From: Vitrella brassicaformis CCMP3155
Lineage: Eukaryota > Protista > Chromerida
NCBI GenBank assembly: GCA_001179505.1
Contig: CDMY01000506.1
Span: forward strand, 1 to 62,664
Length of the DNA: 62,664 bases
Direction: 5' to 3'
The notes under the pieces were generated by a model. It had not been told where the DNA came from. It saw only the letters and a list, made by a program, of their open reading frames with translations, and did no database searches. The position numbers and the translations under genes are program-made. Positions 24,645 to 36,497 of the stretch are shown in pieces. Position 1 is the first letter of the stretch; each line of letters begins with the position of its first letter.

Positions 24645-27600
24645 ATGGCTTCCTCTGCATCTGTTGAGGACATCTGGCAACAGATGAAAGCAGCCAATGA
24701 CACCACACTCAAACAGATCTCCGCACACCAGCACAGAGCCCCGACAAAGAAGGATACCGCGTTCAACTTCGGCAAGGCGCCGGCGAAGGGCAGCAAGAAG
24801 CGGCTGGACAGCTCCCTCGGCTTCCTCAAAGAGCTGTCGACCACACTGAAGCCCATCCAGCGGCCAGCGAATGAGCCGGGGGAGCTGGCCCTGCCTCCTC
24901 AGGCTGCCAGTGACGGCATCTGTTGTCACCCCGACCCGTCTGATGTGGTGGAGAGGCCGCTCGGGGGAGATGTGTATCCGCTGCACGACAACGAGGTATG
25001 CATGCACGCAGCTCCCATTGGAAAATGAGCGTGCGTATGTGTCTGTGTGTTGGTGTGTCAGCGTTTCCTCTTCCACCTGCGTCGTGATCTGAATGTCCTT
25101 CTGGAGGAGCCCGGGATGCCCGCACGGCTGGAAGCGATAGGGCGCATACACAGGGCCCTCTTGCTGGAAAGACAGCAGATACAGACAAGTGACCTCGGGC
25201 AAATGCCTGTGTGTCTGTCTGTCTGCCTGTCTGCACATCGATTCCACCCCAATTGATTTGATGGGCGCATGGCATGCAGGTGTGTATGAGGGTTTGGCTG
25301 ACGTAGTGCGCCGTGCTCTGCTGCGTGGCTTCTCTGACAAGTCCGAGAAGATCCGCGAGCTCGCCATTCAAACATTCACCGCGTGAGTCAGATGATGGTG
25401 CCGCACTATCCCCCGATGGACACTCGTTGCCTGTTCTGTTTGTGTGAGTGGATGCAGCGTCCTTGAGGGGTGTGAGGATATCGAACCATCCCTGGCACAC
25501 ATATACCCTGGTGAGACGGGCTGAGCCGATTTCATGCTACTTGTCCACGGAATATTTTTGATATGGGCTGTGATGCAGTGTTGATTGCTCGTCTCGGGTC
25601 GGAGGATATTGACGGGTGAGTACCAGGTGTGCATCCACCGATACACGTCCCTGTCATGTGTGTGTGTGTGTGTGTGTGTGTGCAGGATGGCCCACTTGCC
25701 TGAGGTGCTCCGCCCCGTCAAAGAGCAAAAGCCACAACAGGTCAGATGTCATTCGTGTGTATGCGTGAATCCATGTGTGTCTGTCTGTCTGTCTCTGTGT
25801 GTGTGTGTGTGTGCAGGTCCGCCCCATTGAAGAGAGCGAGGAGGTGAGATTGGAGCTGTTCAACTTCATGCAAGTCGTCATCGCACGATCCACACAAGAC
25901 GAGGTGTGCGCATGGGAACATGCCGGCATTCCTCCCAGTATGACTGACACATGTCTGTCTGTTAGGTGTTGCAATATTTGGATGAGATCACCGGCCTCCT
26001 TCGGTCGGGCGCAATGGACCCTTTCGACGGCGTCAAACTCAAAGTCCGCAACCAGCCATTACAGCCAGCACACACACACAGAGAGACAGAGAGAACTCCA
26101 CTTCCCATGTTTTCTTTGTTTGTCACCAGGCATGTGAGTTGATGCGTGTGTTTTGCTACCAGTACCACCCCATTCTGCTGCACTTCGCCGAGCCCATGGG
26201 GCGGTCGCTGACATCGTGCCTCGTCCACCAGCACGGCAGAGTGCGCATGGCCGCTCTCGACACCTTGACGGCCGTGCTCTTCTGCGGTAAGGAGACTGCG
26301 ACTGAGACATGCATGCTCTTGCGTTATGACGATCGATGATGCGTTCTTGGCGGTCCCCTTAAGGTGCGTGGAAGTACAACAATGAGATATTTGAGGTGCT
26401 CATCGGCCACCAGGACGAGAACGTGGTGCCCGTCAAGGCATTCTACGAGGCATACACAACGGTCAGATGGCAGCTCAGCGGCGCCCGACAGACCAGACCA
26501 CCATCTGTGTGTGTGATTGGATTGTGTGTGCAGATGAATTACTTTGCCAAGTTGGTTGACGACCGCTCATCGGTGGTGCGGCGTCACTTCTACGAGACGC
26601 TCATCTACTGGCTGCACAAGCTGCCCGACAGGGTGGACCACGAGCCGCGCATCTTCCCCTACGCCATGTCGGGCCTATTCGACGAAAATGACACCATACA
26701 GGTACAAAGGAAGGCACTCACGGATGGATGGATGGATGGATGGCATACCAGGGTCACCTCACAAGGCATTGATTGCTGTCTGTCTTTGACGACCATCCCT
26801 ATCAGTTGTGTATGTACCATATGTTGGAGAAGTGCGGAGAGCTCTATGAGGTGGAGAAAAAGGCAGACCTCAGGTAGGTAGGTATCCATGGCGCTCTCGT
26901 CAGTCACAAAGACAGCGTGTCGTGCACAGCACGTAATCAATCGAGGGAAGGAATGTCATTCATGTATGTATGTATGGATGGGTGCCCCCAGGGAGATGCG
27001 TCAGCTGGGCTTCCACCCCCCATGGACATATGACGTACGTAACGTACACCTGACGCACAAACCCATCACACCACCCATGCACCATTTCCGTGCTCCTTCC
27101 TCCTCAGGACCGTGTGTCCCTCCCCTTCCCTCTCGGTGCACGTCTCCGCCTTCCTGGCAGCACTGACAGCCCTCCCACCCCCACCACCACACCTTCCCCG
27201 CTGCCCTCTCACTCCCCCATCCAAGAGCTTTTGGGGGAGGGCTGGGAACCCCCGGCCACCACGCCCCGCCGTCCCAGGCTGGGGTCGCGCTGCTGGGTCA
27301 AGACGCACTTTCGCCGGATCGCCAAGGCGCTGTTCAAGGAGGTGCTGGACTTCAGGGAAGGTCAGTGAGCGGGGGAGTTCGGGGGGTGGAAAAGGGGCGT
27401 CAATAGTGTACGGTCGTTCCATGTAGCGACGGCTATGCGGTCTGCGCAGCTGCTGTGTGTGTGCCTGCCCTACATCGAGGAATCGGTCACGGAATACATG
27501 GTACTCTACACCATTCAGATGCCTTGTCGTGCGTCAGTCGCATGTTCGTCCATATTTCCCGTCTTCTTGTTCACGTGTGTCGTTCTGTGTGGCGTCCCAC

Positions 27601-30470
27601 TCTGCCCGCAGGACGGTTTGTTCTCCTTGTGCGTGAAGCTGTTCTCCCCCTCCCGAAAGACATCTGCGGAGGTGCTGCAGGTCTACCACACCATCCTGCT
27701 GCTGGTGGGTGGCTGAGTGAGGGGTGGGTGAGGCGATGCCTGCACCGAGTGACCTTCCTGTATGTTCTGTTTGTCAGGCCGGTGCGTATGTGGACCCTTT
27801 GTCATATTGGCAAATCGCCAAGGGGGCATTGGGGGTACGAGCACACGGACATGGATGCAAGCGACATGATAGCGTGTGTGTGTGTCTCTGGTGTGACAGC
27901 TGGACTGTGTGTATGACTTTGAGCGTCGTGTGGCGTCTCTCCAAGTGCTGGCCAGACTCATGCAAGGCAGCGCCACGGCACTCGCGTCTGTTGGAGACCC
28001 TGTAGGGGCTGCACCAAACGACATGTATACGAGCCGAGCCAGCATGTACGCATGAGTGTGTGTCCTGGTCAGGGCCTGAAATGCGGTCGTCTGTCCCCTA
28101 TCCTCGGCGAGCTGTGTCAGTTGCTGCGGCACAGTGACCTGCTGGATGACACACTCATCGAGGGGCCAGCAGCGTTTGGCGGCACCGATAACGACCCACC
28201 TGTTGTGGCTGCCGTGTGGGAGGTCGGGAGAAAGAAAGCAGAGAGAGGACACAGACAGCATGGGCGTGGCGTGACGTGTTCGTGTCCTCTGCAGTTGTTG
28301 GAGGCCGCTGGTCATCCGGCGTTGGTGGCTCACCTGCATACTGAGTGGCGGGATGAACTCCTGATGTGCGCCTTTGCTGCCACACCGGACGCGTTGCCCA
28401 TGATGGGGGAGTCCGATGCACAGACAGACAATAAAGCGACAGACAGCCGATCGAGGAGGACACAAAGGCTGCAGCGGTATGCTATGCGAGACACCTGTCC
28501 ACACACACGCAGTGCAGTGCATGGCTGACCAATCGATATGTGTGTCTTCTTCTCCTCCATCCATCCATCCACACAGGTACGTGGCGTCCCTGTCCCCAGC
28601 TGCCGCCCCTCTTTCCCTGCCATTGCCCTCCCTGCTGTCCTTTGCCCACACCCACTTCCCCGCCCTCCGATCCCTCCTCTCAGTCGCACCAATCACTTCC
28701 ATCACACAGTGCGAGCAAGCCATCCTTGACAATCTGCAGTCCTTCACATCGCCCGCACACCTCAGCAACAGAAGGGCGCAGGCACGCGACGCTGCGATTG
28801 CCTTGGTGAGGCGGCTGGTGTGTGAGGGGGAGGCTGGGAGGGGGCGGGATGTGCTGGATGGGGTGGTGCTGCCTCTGCTGCGCCCATTGGACGATGAGAG
28901 TGCCGGCCCGACTTCGTGGGAGGGGTGGGCGCAGCTGGCTGTCTCGTCGCTTGGCAAGATTCGGGAGCTTATCGCTTGGTGGCCAGACACGTCCACCCAA
29001 GACGCACTGAGAGACAGCAGGTGGACAATGGGGGCGAGCAACCACCTTCGCTTTTATGTGTACACGTCCTTTCTGTTTCTCTCCCTGCAGGCTGCTTGAG
29101 GATCTCACTGGCCTGGTAGCTTACCACTGGCTGCATCTGCGGCTCTTCCAGGCACGTGTGGCTGAGTACCTCACGCAGCAGGGGAGTGCTGGCCAGGCCC
29201 CTGGTGGCCTCACCGCCATCGACGCCCTCCCCATCAGCAGACGGCGGCAGATGAGGATCGACGCCGCCAAACACGCAGAGAAAATACGATTGGAGGTATG
29301 AGACATGACGCACACACATACAGATGGATGGATGGGAGCCTGCGTATCTTGAGGTGTGTCTGGTCAGGCCGCCGTGACACTCTTTCTGGCTGTGCGAAGG
29401 CTGTCGTCCTCCGGCGGCTCCATCAACTGGGGCGCTTCCCTCGTCACCATGATGCTCGATGTGTTCCTCACCCCCCAGCAAATCGACAAACGCGCACACA
29501 ACAAGAATCCCCGAACAAAGGAGCAGACCGCCGCCACAGCAGCAGCATCGGATGCCCCCACCAGCACCAGTGCCGTCAGCGGCACTCAGGAGGTGTCGTC
29601 CCTCACTCTTCCCGCCATAGCCACACCCCCCTCTGTGGCCATGTTTGTGGCCGTGGCCATGCGGCGCCTTCTCGTTCCCTCTTGGCCGTCAGACGCCGAT
29701 CTGGCGGTGTTCGATGAGTGGTATCCCCTCAGTGGGCTGAAGGACAACGCCATGCATGCCGTCGCCACGTTGCGGGGCGGCAGGGTGAGGACACCGGTAG
29801 TGACGATGCAGCTGGATGTGCAGTCGCGGGTGGTGGACCAGCTGATGCAGTACCTGCTCGACCTCAATGTCAACCTGTCCACATACACATCCACCTCCTC
29901 CCCTCATGTCTCCTCGTCGGTACTGCCCACGTCGTCTCCCATGTTTGCGTTCTCTGCTCTTGCGCGGGATACCAAAGGGGCGACTGGAGTGTTCCAGCTG
30001 GCACTCACAGCGGCCGACAAGACCATACAGACACTGCTGAGTAAGATCAGACAGAACAGAACCTTGTGCGGCTGTCTTTCATGTCTCCTTGTTCCTTCCT
30101 TGTTCAGGGGATGAGACACCGGCGAGTGGTGAGAAGGAAGACAGGAGACGGCGAGCGTCCTCTCCCGCCCCATCGTCAGCGGCCGCCCCGTCGCCGCTAA
30201 ACCTGAAGGAGACCATTAACAACAACGCCGCACTCAGCGTGTATGCGCTGCTCCTCGACTGCGCTTCCTGCTTCAGGGGTACATACCTACCTAGACACGC
30301 AAGAGTCAGTCAAAGTGGGGAGAGTCACAGACCAAGATTGGTGTGTGTCGTGTGTGTCATGGAATGATTGTTCAGATGCGTTTGTGTCGTGTGTGGATGG
30401 GTGGCGTGCCGGCGGCCATCTGGTGAGGGTGGACATGGGCAGGGATATGCTGAGCAGATGCGAGCGATGA
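24645..30470 (+). CDS. DNAAF5: Dynein axonemal assembly factor 5 (HEATR2)-like HEAT-repeat protein
   Basis: HEAT blocks LLRGFSDKSEKIRELA, EESEEVRLEL, CLVHQHGRVRMAAL, LVDDRSSVVRR and WLHKLPDRVDHEPRIFPYAMSGLFDE fit DNAAF5 order and content. More than 20 exons; the 3' end is approximate. Confidence 0.8.
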
Positions 30471-30835
30471 CCAGAGCAATTAGTTCATGGGATGTGTTCA
30501 ATGGCACGGTTCAATGAGTAGGGCACATGCATTCATTCCACCGAACAAGTCTCATTTTTCTGTCCTCCTCAGCACGAACATGAAGTATATTGGCTCTCAC
30601 AGCCGCTGTCTGCGACGCAGCCGGAGCACTGACACGCACACACAGGAAGACATGCATGGGCCAGAAGCACACAAACACACACGAGAGCTCATGCACACGC
30701 GTTCGCGCACGTGCACTGCCGCTCCATCCTTCTCCTGAGAAGACAACACAGCACAGGAAGCGAAGCATGCATAAATGTCTGTGCGTCGTGATCGTGTACC
30801 CACCGTGCTGCGCTGCTTCTGTCTTCCCACCGTGC

Positions 30836-31505
30836 TTAGCGTCTAGCTAGCTGTGTCGCGGCCGCGATGGGCTGCACGTTGGGTCTCTCCGCCAAGTTGA
30901 GGACGCCGGCCACGCGGACGTGCTCAGCGGCAATAGCCGCCAAAATCGACTGGGGATACTGCGTCATCAGCACTTCTTGGGGATACTCGTAGTGGTCGTA
31001 CACGCTGACATGGCCGAATGCGCGCGTCTTGTACTCCACGATGTGCTTGAACCCTTCGCAGGGGCGCAGCGTGTATGGGACGTACGTCAGGTCGAGGCAG
31101 ACATGCCACTGGCCCCCGCCCATGTTGAGCGCCCGGATGACCCCTGTCTTCAGACAGCCTACAACACAGACAACGCACCAATGGATGCCCCGACGCTTCC
31201 CCCGTTCCCCACGAACCTGTCTGCTGTTGCTGCTGATGCTGCACAACAACGGCACCGACATTCATGATGTCCAGCCTCACGAGGGGAACGATGAGCCGAC
31301 AAAGGTCGACGGCGATGTCGCGCATCTCGGGCGTGGCCGCCTGGCCGACCGCTGTGATGCCAGCTTCGAGCTGCGCATCAGTGATCGTGCTGGGCAGATA
31401 AGGGTGACCCTCGTGGCGAGTCGGGTTGACCGCGAAGGTTGCGAAGCCACCTCCTCTGCCGGTCTGGGAAGGTGGGATGTACTGGTTGATCTCCTTCCGG
31501 GGCAT
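30836..31505 (-). CDS. Unknown protein 'A-left' (203 aa), outward gene of the palindromic cassette
   Basis: Exon 1 is 31505-31217, followed by a phase-1 intron and exon 2 at 31158-30836. MPRKEINQY...DLCRLIVPLVRLDIMNV.../GCLKTG...YTLRPCEGFKHIVEYKTRAFGHVS... Confidence 0.8.
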
Positions 31506-31530
31506 ACTTCAGAATCTGTAGTGGTCGCTG

Positions 31531-32240
31531 GCAGGATGTTGTTGTTTGCAGCCGGCAGGATGGCCGATCTTGGGCGTTTGCGCCGGACACCATCATAATT
31601 CAATGAAAAATTTCGCCGGCAATTCCGAGAAAAGGGTTGGCGGGAGCGGTTTCGCGCAAAAGGTGCTTAGCTAGCTCGCAGGCGTCATATGGGCGCCAAG
31701 CGAGGATGAGGTCCAAGCCGTCGCGAGTGCGCTGGTGAATCACACGAGGCAGCATTGGAACAGCCGGAGTCTCTTCAACATCGATAAAAAGGCCATCAGA
31801 GCTGATCCGGAAGCTCCCCTGCTTGCCGTTCCAAGGCCTGATGTGGGAGATCCTGAGCATCCAGCCTCAGGTCCAGCGCACGAGCCGGTGCCAGCTGCGC
31901 TGGAGGTGCCGCTCAACCCCCCCGCCGAGTTGTTCGGCCTCGAGTGCGCGGTGCGATTCGTGGAGCAGGGCTGCAAGAAGAAAGCAGACGACGGGAGAGG
32001 AAGAGCAACACAAGAGGAAATCGGTCAGCACATGCGCATGCAGACACATACACGCAAGCACGCGACATGCACTGACCTGCCCCACTGCACCAACTCCTTT
32101 CCTTGAAATGTGTGCAGGCAGAGAAGGCTATGTCATTTATCACGCCGCGCCGCCCGCTGACGCGTCCCAGCCCGCGACTATACGGCATGAGCAGCCACCG
32201 GCAACCACAGCGAAGAAAACGGGGAGACCAACAAACGACT
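31531..32240 (+). repeat. Left arm of a ~700-bp inverted repeat (bidirectional promoter plus 5' part of the inward gene)
   Basis: Reverse complement of 33820-34515, with about 12 mismatches in the first ~295 bp by manual comparison and indels further in. Confidence 0.95.
31637..31657. promoter_or_regulatory. Tandem E2F-like elements TTGGCGGGA and TTTCGCGC
   Basis: Match to the E2F consensus (TTTSSCGC; TTGGCGGGA) between two divergent start sites; mirrored at 34385-34409. Confidence 0.4.
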
Positions 32241-32368
32241 TCAACTCGATGCTTCAAGGCGTTGGCCATCGCCAACCCCACGCTGCCGCCAACGAGCGAG
32301 GGAGCAAAAGACGGCAAGGCACTGCGCAACACAACCCAGGAAGCACAGCAAATAGGGCACGTGGCTAA
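31687..32368 (+). pseudogene. Inward gene 'B-left': start-less chimeric copy of B-right
   Basis: ATA replaces the ATG of the right copy, with an in-frame TAG upstream. It shares SEDEVQAVASALVNHTRQHW...ELFGLEC.../GREGYVIYHAAPP, then diverges and stops at 32368. Confidence 0.7.
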
Positions 32369-32914
32369 AGGCAAGCAACTTTTCCGTCGTCCCAGTGTCG
32401 GCGAGGAGCTATGGATGGTGGGAGGACGAGGCGGTGATGTAGAGTTTATCCGCGACGGCAGCGGACACACAGTGGGCTCGACCTGGCGTGCTGCTGCAGA
32501 ATTGCAACGGACACATGATGTGGAGCAGGGCGTGGCGAGCGAAAAGCGGGATGGGCAGGAAAGGGCACGTTTTGTTGAGGGCCCTCCCACCTTCGATGAT
32601 TGCAGTGCGCGTGTGGGAGGGTGGGTGAGCGATGTGGGTAGGTAGCGAATGTCTTGTAGTTCCTGTCAATAGTTTAGATGTGAATGTGTAATCGACTTGG
32701 TCCCAACGCATGGACACCAGACAATCGACTGCCCTCAGCTGGGACTCCATACACTATCATAGACGTTACACATTTCCCCATCGCTCATCAGGTAAACAAA
32801 GAATCAACACAGCGGGCGATACCAGTGTCGCATTCATCCAGACTCATTCATCGCCGCATCACATGACCCTGACAGCCATCGCACAAGGCACCGAGATGAA
32901 AGTGAAAGCTTCTT

Positions 32915-34359
32915 CTAAGAATAACACGTACTGATAGCTTTTGCAATCATCCGCTTGCCGGCGTGGCGGCAGTTGTCGGTGTCGAAATCGTAAACCAGGC
33001 CGCCCACTTTTTTCAGGTCTCCCACTGTGACGCCTCTTATGGCCTGATGCTTCTGAGGGGAAAAATTCCATCGCTCCTGAGCCAGCCCCACCTTACTCGT
33101 GACGATTGTGTCGCCTTTCATATAGCCGTAGCCTTTCCCCTTGTGAATGAGCCATCCCTCGTTGCCGTAGCGTATCTTGATGCCCCTGTCGACGAGCGTG
33201 ACGATAACACCGTAATGCTCACACGACTCACCAGACGCGCAGGGATTGCACGGTGGGTCTGCAGGTCGGCTGACGAGCTGAATGGTCTCAATCTCGCTTT
33301 CTTCAAGAACCATGACCTCAAGATGGCTCAGCTCATAGGGAGGCCGTCGACGAATGGGAAAGGACTGAAGCAGCCGACGCCATGGCTCCCCACATACGGA
33401 GACGGGCCCATGCTGCTGTGCCAGTGGGGCGTTTGCCTTGAATCGTTTCCTGACCAAGAACAAGCGCCGCAAATATGCTGCACTCTTTGTTGATATTCTC
33501 GGCACACCTGCATGGCTGAGGTAGAGAAGCAGCAGCTGCTGCAGATGCTGCTGCCTGAGCGACAGGTGCTTCTCGGCTCTGAAAGGTGCAGAGAGATAAT
33601 GATGCAGATGCACAAAGAGGGAGCGACACTCTGACTGCTCTTCACCTCTTCTTCAGCCTTTCGACAGGGGTGCCTTTTTCTGTCGTCGCTCCAGTAGTAA
33701 GTATCGCAATGCAGGCACATTTCCAGCCTCATGAGGCTCCCGCTGCCAGGCGTGTATTCGTAAGGCAGCGGCAACCGTACCCCTCCCCGTCGCACGACAT
33801 GTGCTGCGCAGCTCAGATCGTTTAGTGCTCTCCCCGTTTTCTTCGCTGCGGTTGCCGGTGGCTGCTCATGCTGTGTGGTCGCGGGCTGGGACGCGTCAGC
33901 GGGCGGCGCGGCGTGATAAATGACATAGCCTTCTCTGCCTGCACGCATATCAAGGAGATGCAGTCGGGGAGTCAAGGTTGCGTGCTTGCGTGCGTGTGTG
34001 TGTGTGTCTTTGCTGTGTGTGCGTGTGTGCACGTGCTGACCGATTTCCATTTGTGCTGCTCTTCCTCTCCCGCCGTCTTCTTTCTGCAGTTTACTGAATC
34101 CGGCATACTCGAATATCGCCGCGCACTCGAGGCCGAACAACTCGGCGAGGGGGTTGAGCGGCACATCCAGCGCAGCTGGCACCGGTTTAGGCGCTCGAAC
34201 TGAGCCTCGAGGCCTTGCGGCAAGCAGGGGAGCATCAGGGTCAGCTCTGATGGCCTTTTTATCGATGTTGAAGAGGCTCCGGCTGTTCCAATGCTGCCTC
34301 GTGTGATTCACCAGCGCACTCGCGACGGCTTGGACCTCATCCTCGCTTGGAACCCACAT
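32915..34359 (-). CDS. Inward gene 'B-right': unknown N-terminal domain + C2HC Zn finger + permuted NlpC/P60 (LRAT/PPPDE-like) peptidase
   Basis: MWVPSEDEVQ... start; CLHC-x11-HPC (33717-33664); C-terminal HYGVIVTL...WLIHKG...GGLVYDFDTDNCRHA with His-His-NC order. Internal splice sites are approximate. Confidence 0.75.
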
Positions 34360-34515
34360 GCCGCCTGCGAGCTAGCTAAGCACCTTTTCCGCGAAACCGC
34401 TCCCGCCAACCCTTTTCTCGGCATTGCCGGCGAAATTTTCCATTGGATTATGATGGTGTCCGGCGCAAACGCCCAAGATCGGCCATCCTGCCGGCTGCAA
34501 ACAACAACATCCTGC
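33820..34515 (-). repeat. Right arm of the ~700-bp inverted repeat
   Basis: Reverse complement of 31531-32240; homology ends sharply at 34515. Confidence 0.95.
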
Positions 34516-34538
34516 TTGCATTTTGCGTTGTTGGAGAA

Positions 34539-35317
34539 ATGGCTGGCTGGCTGAAAGAGGCGATACAGACAGCGACGACGAACGCGATGTCCCACAACAT
34601 CGAGCGTGGCGGCCACAGCGCTCTGATCAAGAGCGAAACGACCACCAGCATCTCGAACGTCATCCTTCCTGCGGACGACGCATACGCGTCCATCAGCATG
34701 ATGGCGAGCATCGTCAAGGTTCACGGCGTGAGTCCGGAGGCCCTTTCCGGAGTGGTGCAGGACGGCACGGCTGCTGTGCAGGCCTACGTGGCTAAGTCCA
34801 AGGTGCCCATCGGAGAGGCAGAGTTTGCCATCGCCTGTCAAACCGCCCTTTCCATCATCCAAAAGGACGTGCTGGGCGTCTTCGTGAGCTTCTACAGCAT
34901 GCTGTTCCATCAGGCGAGGCCAGAAGGTACTCCACAGATGCATGCAGGATATCTTGTGCAGGCACAAGTATATCGGAAGGGTTCTTGTGTGCAGATGGGT
35001 TGTACATGTTCAGCGTTTTGGCGGCAGCTGACCCCCACTTCCCCGGCCGACTCATTGTCGACGTCAAATTCGGACACGCCAACTTCACGCTGCCGCTCAG
35101 CGTGCGCATCCTCACCATCACCGACAAGAAGAGCGCCGTATTCGGTCTGTTCAGCAAGACAAGCACGACTTCGCAGCTGGTGTATGAGCCCACCCCCGTC
35201 ACAATGCAGCGGTTGGAGGCGGTCAACCTCAGCCTGCTCAACGTCCTCCACGGTGACACCCTCCGCGCGATCAAGGATGCAAAGGACCAGACGAGGGCCG
35301 TGCAAGACACAGCCTGA
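34539..35317 (+). CDS. Unknown protein 'A-right' (236 aa), outward gene and distant paralogue of A-left
   Basis: Exon 1 is 34539-34926, followed by a phase-1 intron and exon 2 at 34995-35317. MAGWLKEAI...IACQTALSIIQKDVLGV.../DGLYMFSV...FTLPLSVRILTITDKKSAVFGLFS... Confidence 0.82.
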
Positions 35318-35389
35318 TGGATGCGCGCGCAGTGGATGGTGGGGTGGTGGGGTGGATGGTGGATGGTGGATGGTGGGGTGGGTGGGGTG

Positions 35390-35689
35390 NNNNNNNNNNN
35401 NNNNNNNNNNNNNNNNNNNNNNNNNNNNNNNNNNNNNNNNNNNNNNNNNNNNNNNNNNNNNNNNNNNNNNNNNNNNNNNNNNNNNNNNNNNNNNNNNNNN
35501 NNNNNNNNNNNNNNNNNNNNNNNNNNNNNNNNNNNNNNNNNNNNNNNNNNNNNNNNNNNNNNNNNNNNNNNNNNNNNNNNNNNNNNNNNNNNNNNNNNNN
35601 NNNNNNNNNNNNNNNNNNNNNNNNNNNNNNNNNNNNNNNNNNNNNNNNNNNNNNNNNNNNNNNNNNNNNNNNNNNNNNNNNNNNNNNNN
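35390..35689. other. Assembly gap (300 N) after a G-rich (GGTG/GGAT) tract
   Basis: Run of 300 N. Confidence 0.99.
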
Positions 35690-36497
35690 TGGGCTATTTT
35701 CTTATCTTGCAGTGCAGTGCAGTCAGGTGACTTCCATTATGATGCATGGCCGCTATGTGTCATCGTGGAACAGGCTGGGGAAGACCATGGGAGAGCCAAC
35801 GGGTGCACCGATGAGCTTCCCGCCTCTTCCCCTGTTCTAAGGTGATACCTGTACGGGTGCATATATTCATACATTCATGCAATGAACCCGAGTTTTGTGA
35901 AGGACGTTGTCCATGCTACCATGCTGCCGGCGCTCTATGAAAACCGAGAGCAAATGCGCAGGGTTCAAAACCCACAGGGTTTCAGTTTTTATAGCTCGCG
36001 ATTTGCGCGAAAAATGTTGGACGGATGGCGGCCCGACAGAGTCCCAGGGCCGCTTCACAGTGCTCTGGAACAGAAGGGGTCCAAATCGCTCGCCTGAGCT
36101 TTCGCCCTTTCAATTGCCGATGCGCCTCGCCTGAGTGAGTGGACACCAGGTGGGCAAAGGCATCGTCACGCTGCTCTTCAGTCTTCAATACGCACTTTTC
36201 ATCTCTTCCTGTCTGCTTTTTTGCCTTTCAGCCGAGCCTGAGTCGCGCTCGAGTGATTCGCCAGCTCAGCTGCCGGCTGATTTGATTTGCATGCGTATCT
36301 ATCGAGGACTCTCTCGCTGCTATAAGGCCCTGATTGGTGCATGCAACGCAACACCAATCGAAGCTCTATCTTAAGAAGACCTGCCTGAACGACATCGCAG
36401 CTTAAGGAACGAACAGCGGCACTGTGCTGACTGATTTTGTGCTCTGTTCTGATACCGAACTCACCCACCTTATCGCCCTCTCCCCCTCCCTCCCGCA

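Noticed and set aside
31531-34515. Inverted arms as terminal inverted repeats of a DNA transposon
   Set aside because: No transposase lies between the arms, the arms contain promoter and intron-bearing gene sequence, and no target-site duplication is evident at 31531/34515
35882-36097. 71-aa ORF MNPSFVKDVV... upstream of the disordered-protein gene
   Set aside because: Short, no recognisable motif or splice support, and it lies in probable promoter DNA next to a gap
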